This document shows, piece after piece, positions 23,385 to 24,000 of a stretch of 24,000 bases of DNA; the first letter of the stretch is position 1; the number at the start of each line of letters is the position of its first letter. The position numbers and the translations under genes are program-made. The notes under the pieces are model-generated. The model worked only from the letters and a program-made list of their open reading frames with translations. It was not told the DNA's origin and made no database searches. The DNA is taken from the NCBI RefSeq assembly GCF_016908875.1, contig NZ_JAFBES010000002.1, positions 233,740 through 257,739 of the forward strand, written 5' to 3'. This stretch comes from Bacillus ectoiniformans. GTDB lineage: Bacteria > Bacillota > Bacilli > Bacillales > Domibacillaceae.

Positions 23385-24000
23385 TTTTGTTTCACCTGTT
23401 CTTGAAGTAAAGACCAGTATAATTCTTCATATTGTTTCACAATCGTTTCAGAATGAAATTTGCTCTCAACCGTTTTAAGAGCAGCTTGACTGAACCGGTC
23501 ATAGGTTTCCTTATCCGTCAGCAAATGGATCGCTTGCTCACTAATTCGATCAATGTCGCCTACCGGGCAAATATAACCGTTATATTGATCCTCAATGACT
23601 TCAGGGATTCCTCCTATATTGGTTCCAATGCACGGCACCCCGCAGCCCATTGATTCCAATGCCACTAATCCAAAGCTTTCTTTTTCAGATAAAAGCAGCG
23701 TTAAATCGCTGATGGAATAAAGCTCGTTTAAATTATCTTGTTTCCCTAAAAATAATACCTTGCTCTCGAGACCTAATTCTGTCACCAGTTTGCAAACGAC
23801 CGACATTTCCGGTCCATCTCCCACTAACAGTAATTTTGCAGGCATTTTTTTAGAAATGCGGTCAAATACATGAACGACGTCCGGTACACGCTTGACTCCG
23901 CGGAAATTAGATACATGCATCACTACTTTTTCATGAGAAAGGATCCCAAGCTCATTTCTTAATGGCTCAATCGTCTCCGACTGCCGATAGACCCGCTCAT
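23381..24000 (-). CDS. bshA: GT4 glycosyltransferase BshA (bacillithiol biosynthesis); C-terminal ~206 codons, with the N-terminus beyond the right edge
   Basis: The frame stays open to position 24000. Upstream of the track start it reads ..ERVYRQSETIEPLRNELGILSHEKVV. The motifs HVSNFRGVKR, LLVGDGPE and EKESFGLVALESMGCGVPCIGTNIGGIPEV (E-x7-E) are present. The bshA-cca-birA order matches B. subtilis. Confidence 0.85.
   Translation of the reverse strand, partial: ERVYRQSETIEPLRNELGILSHEKVVMHVSNFRGVKRVPDVVHVFDRISKKMPAKLLLVGDGPEMSVVCKLVTELGLESKVLFLGKQDNLNELYSISDLTLLLSEKESFGLVALESMGCGVPCIGTNIGGIPEVIEDQYNGYICPVGDIDRISEQAIHLLTDKETYDRFSQAALKTVESKFHSETIVKQYEELYWSLLQEQVKQK

Noticed and set aside
1-24000. 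A search for mobile elements, CRISPR arrays, tRNA/rRNA genes and defence-island hallmarks
   Set aside because: I noticed no long terminal inverted repeats, no regularly spaced direct repeats, no transposase, integrase or recombinase motifs, and no tRNA-like cloverleaf segments. Gene order is that of a conserved core-genome block.

Overview
This window is a chromosomal, mostly minus-strand housekeeping block from a Bacillaceae (Bacillus sensu lato) genome. From my memory of the B. subtilis 168 map, it is collinear with ypsA-cotD-mrfB/mrfA(yprB/yprA)-yppG/E/D-recU-ponA-ypoC-nth-dnaD-asnS-aspB-ypmB/ypmA-dinG-panD/C/B-birA-cca-bshA. I support 24 protein-coding genes. Two are cut by the window edges. 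One, the 56-aa ypmA, is missing from the supplied ORF track. CDS coordinates follow the track convention and include the stop codon. Nine track N-termini (cotD, yppG, yppD, recU, ypoC, asnS, aspB, ypmB, birA) look over-extended, so I reset them to the start codon that has a Shine-Dalgarno at proper spacing. I saw no rRNA or tRNA genes, CRISPR arrays, transposases, integrases or prophage genes. I do not see a clear novel multi-gene system. The best leads are: (1) a promoter plus structured leader with an intrinsic terminator in front of panBCD, which could be an attenuator, a riboswitch or an sRNA; (2) a secreted 260-aa ComEC-type metallo-beta-lactamase-fold protein that has lost every metal ligand, sitting between dinG and ypmA where I recall B. 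subtilis having no gene; (3) smaller items: a Cheo-box-like site at the mrfA promoter, a gene-less yppD-recU gap containing repeats, a small SD-preceded ORF after mrfB, and the repetitive disordered tail of PBP1. All homology calls come from motif recognition and memory, not from database searches.
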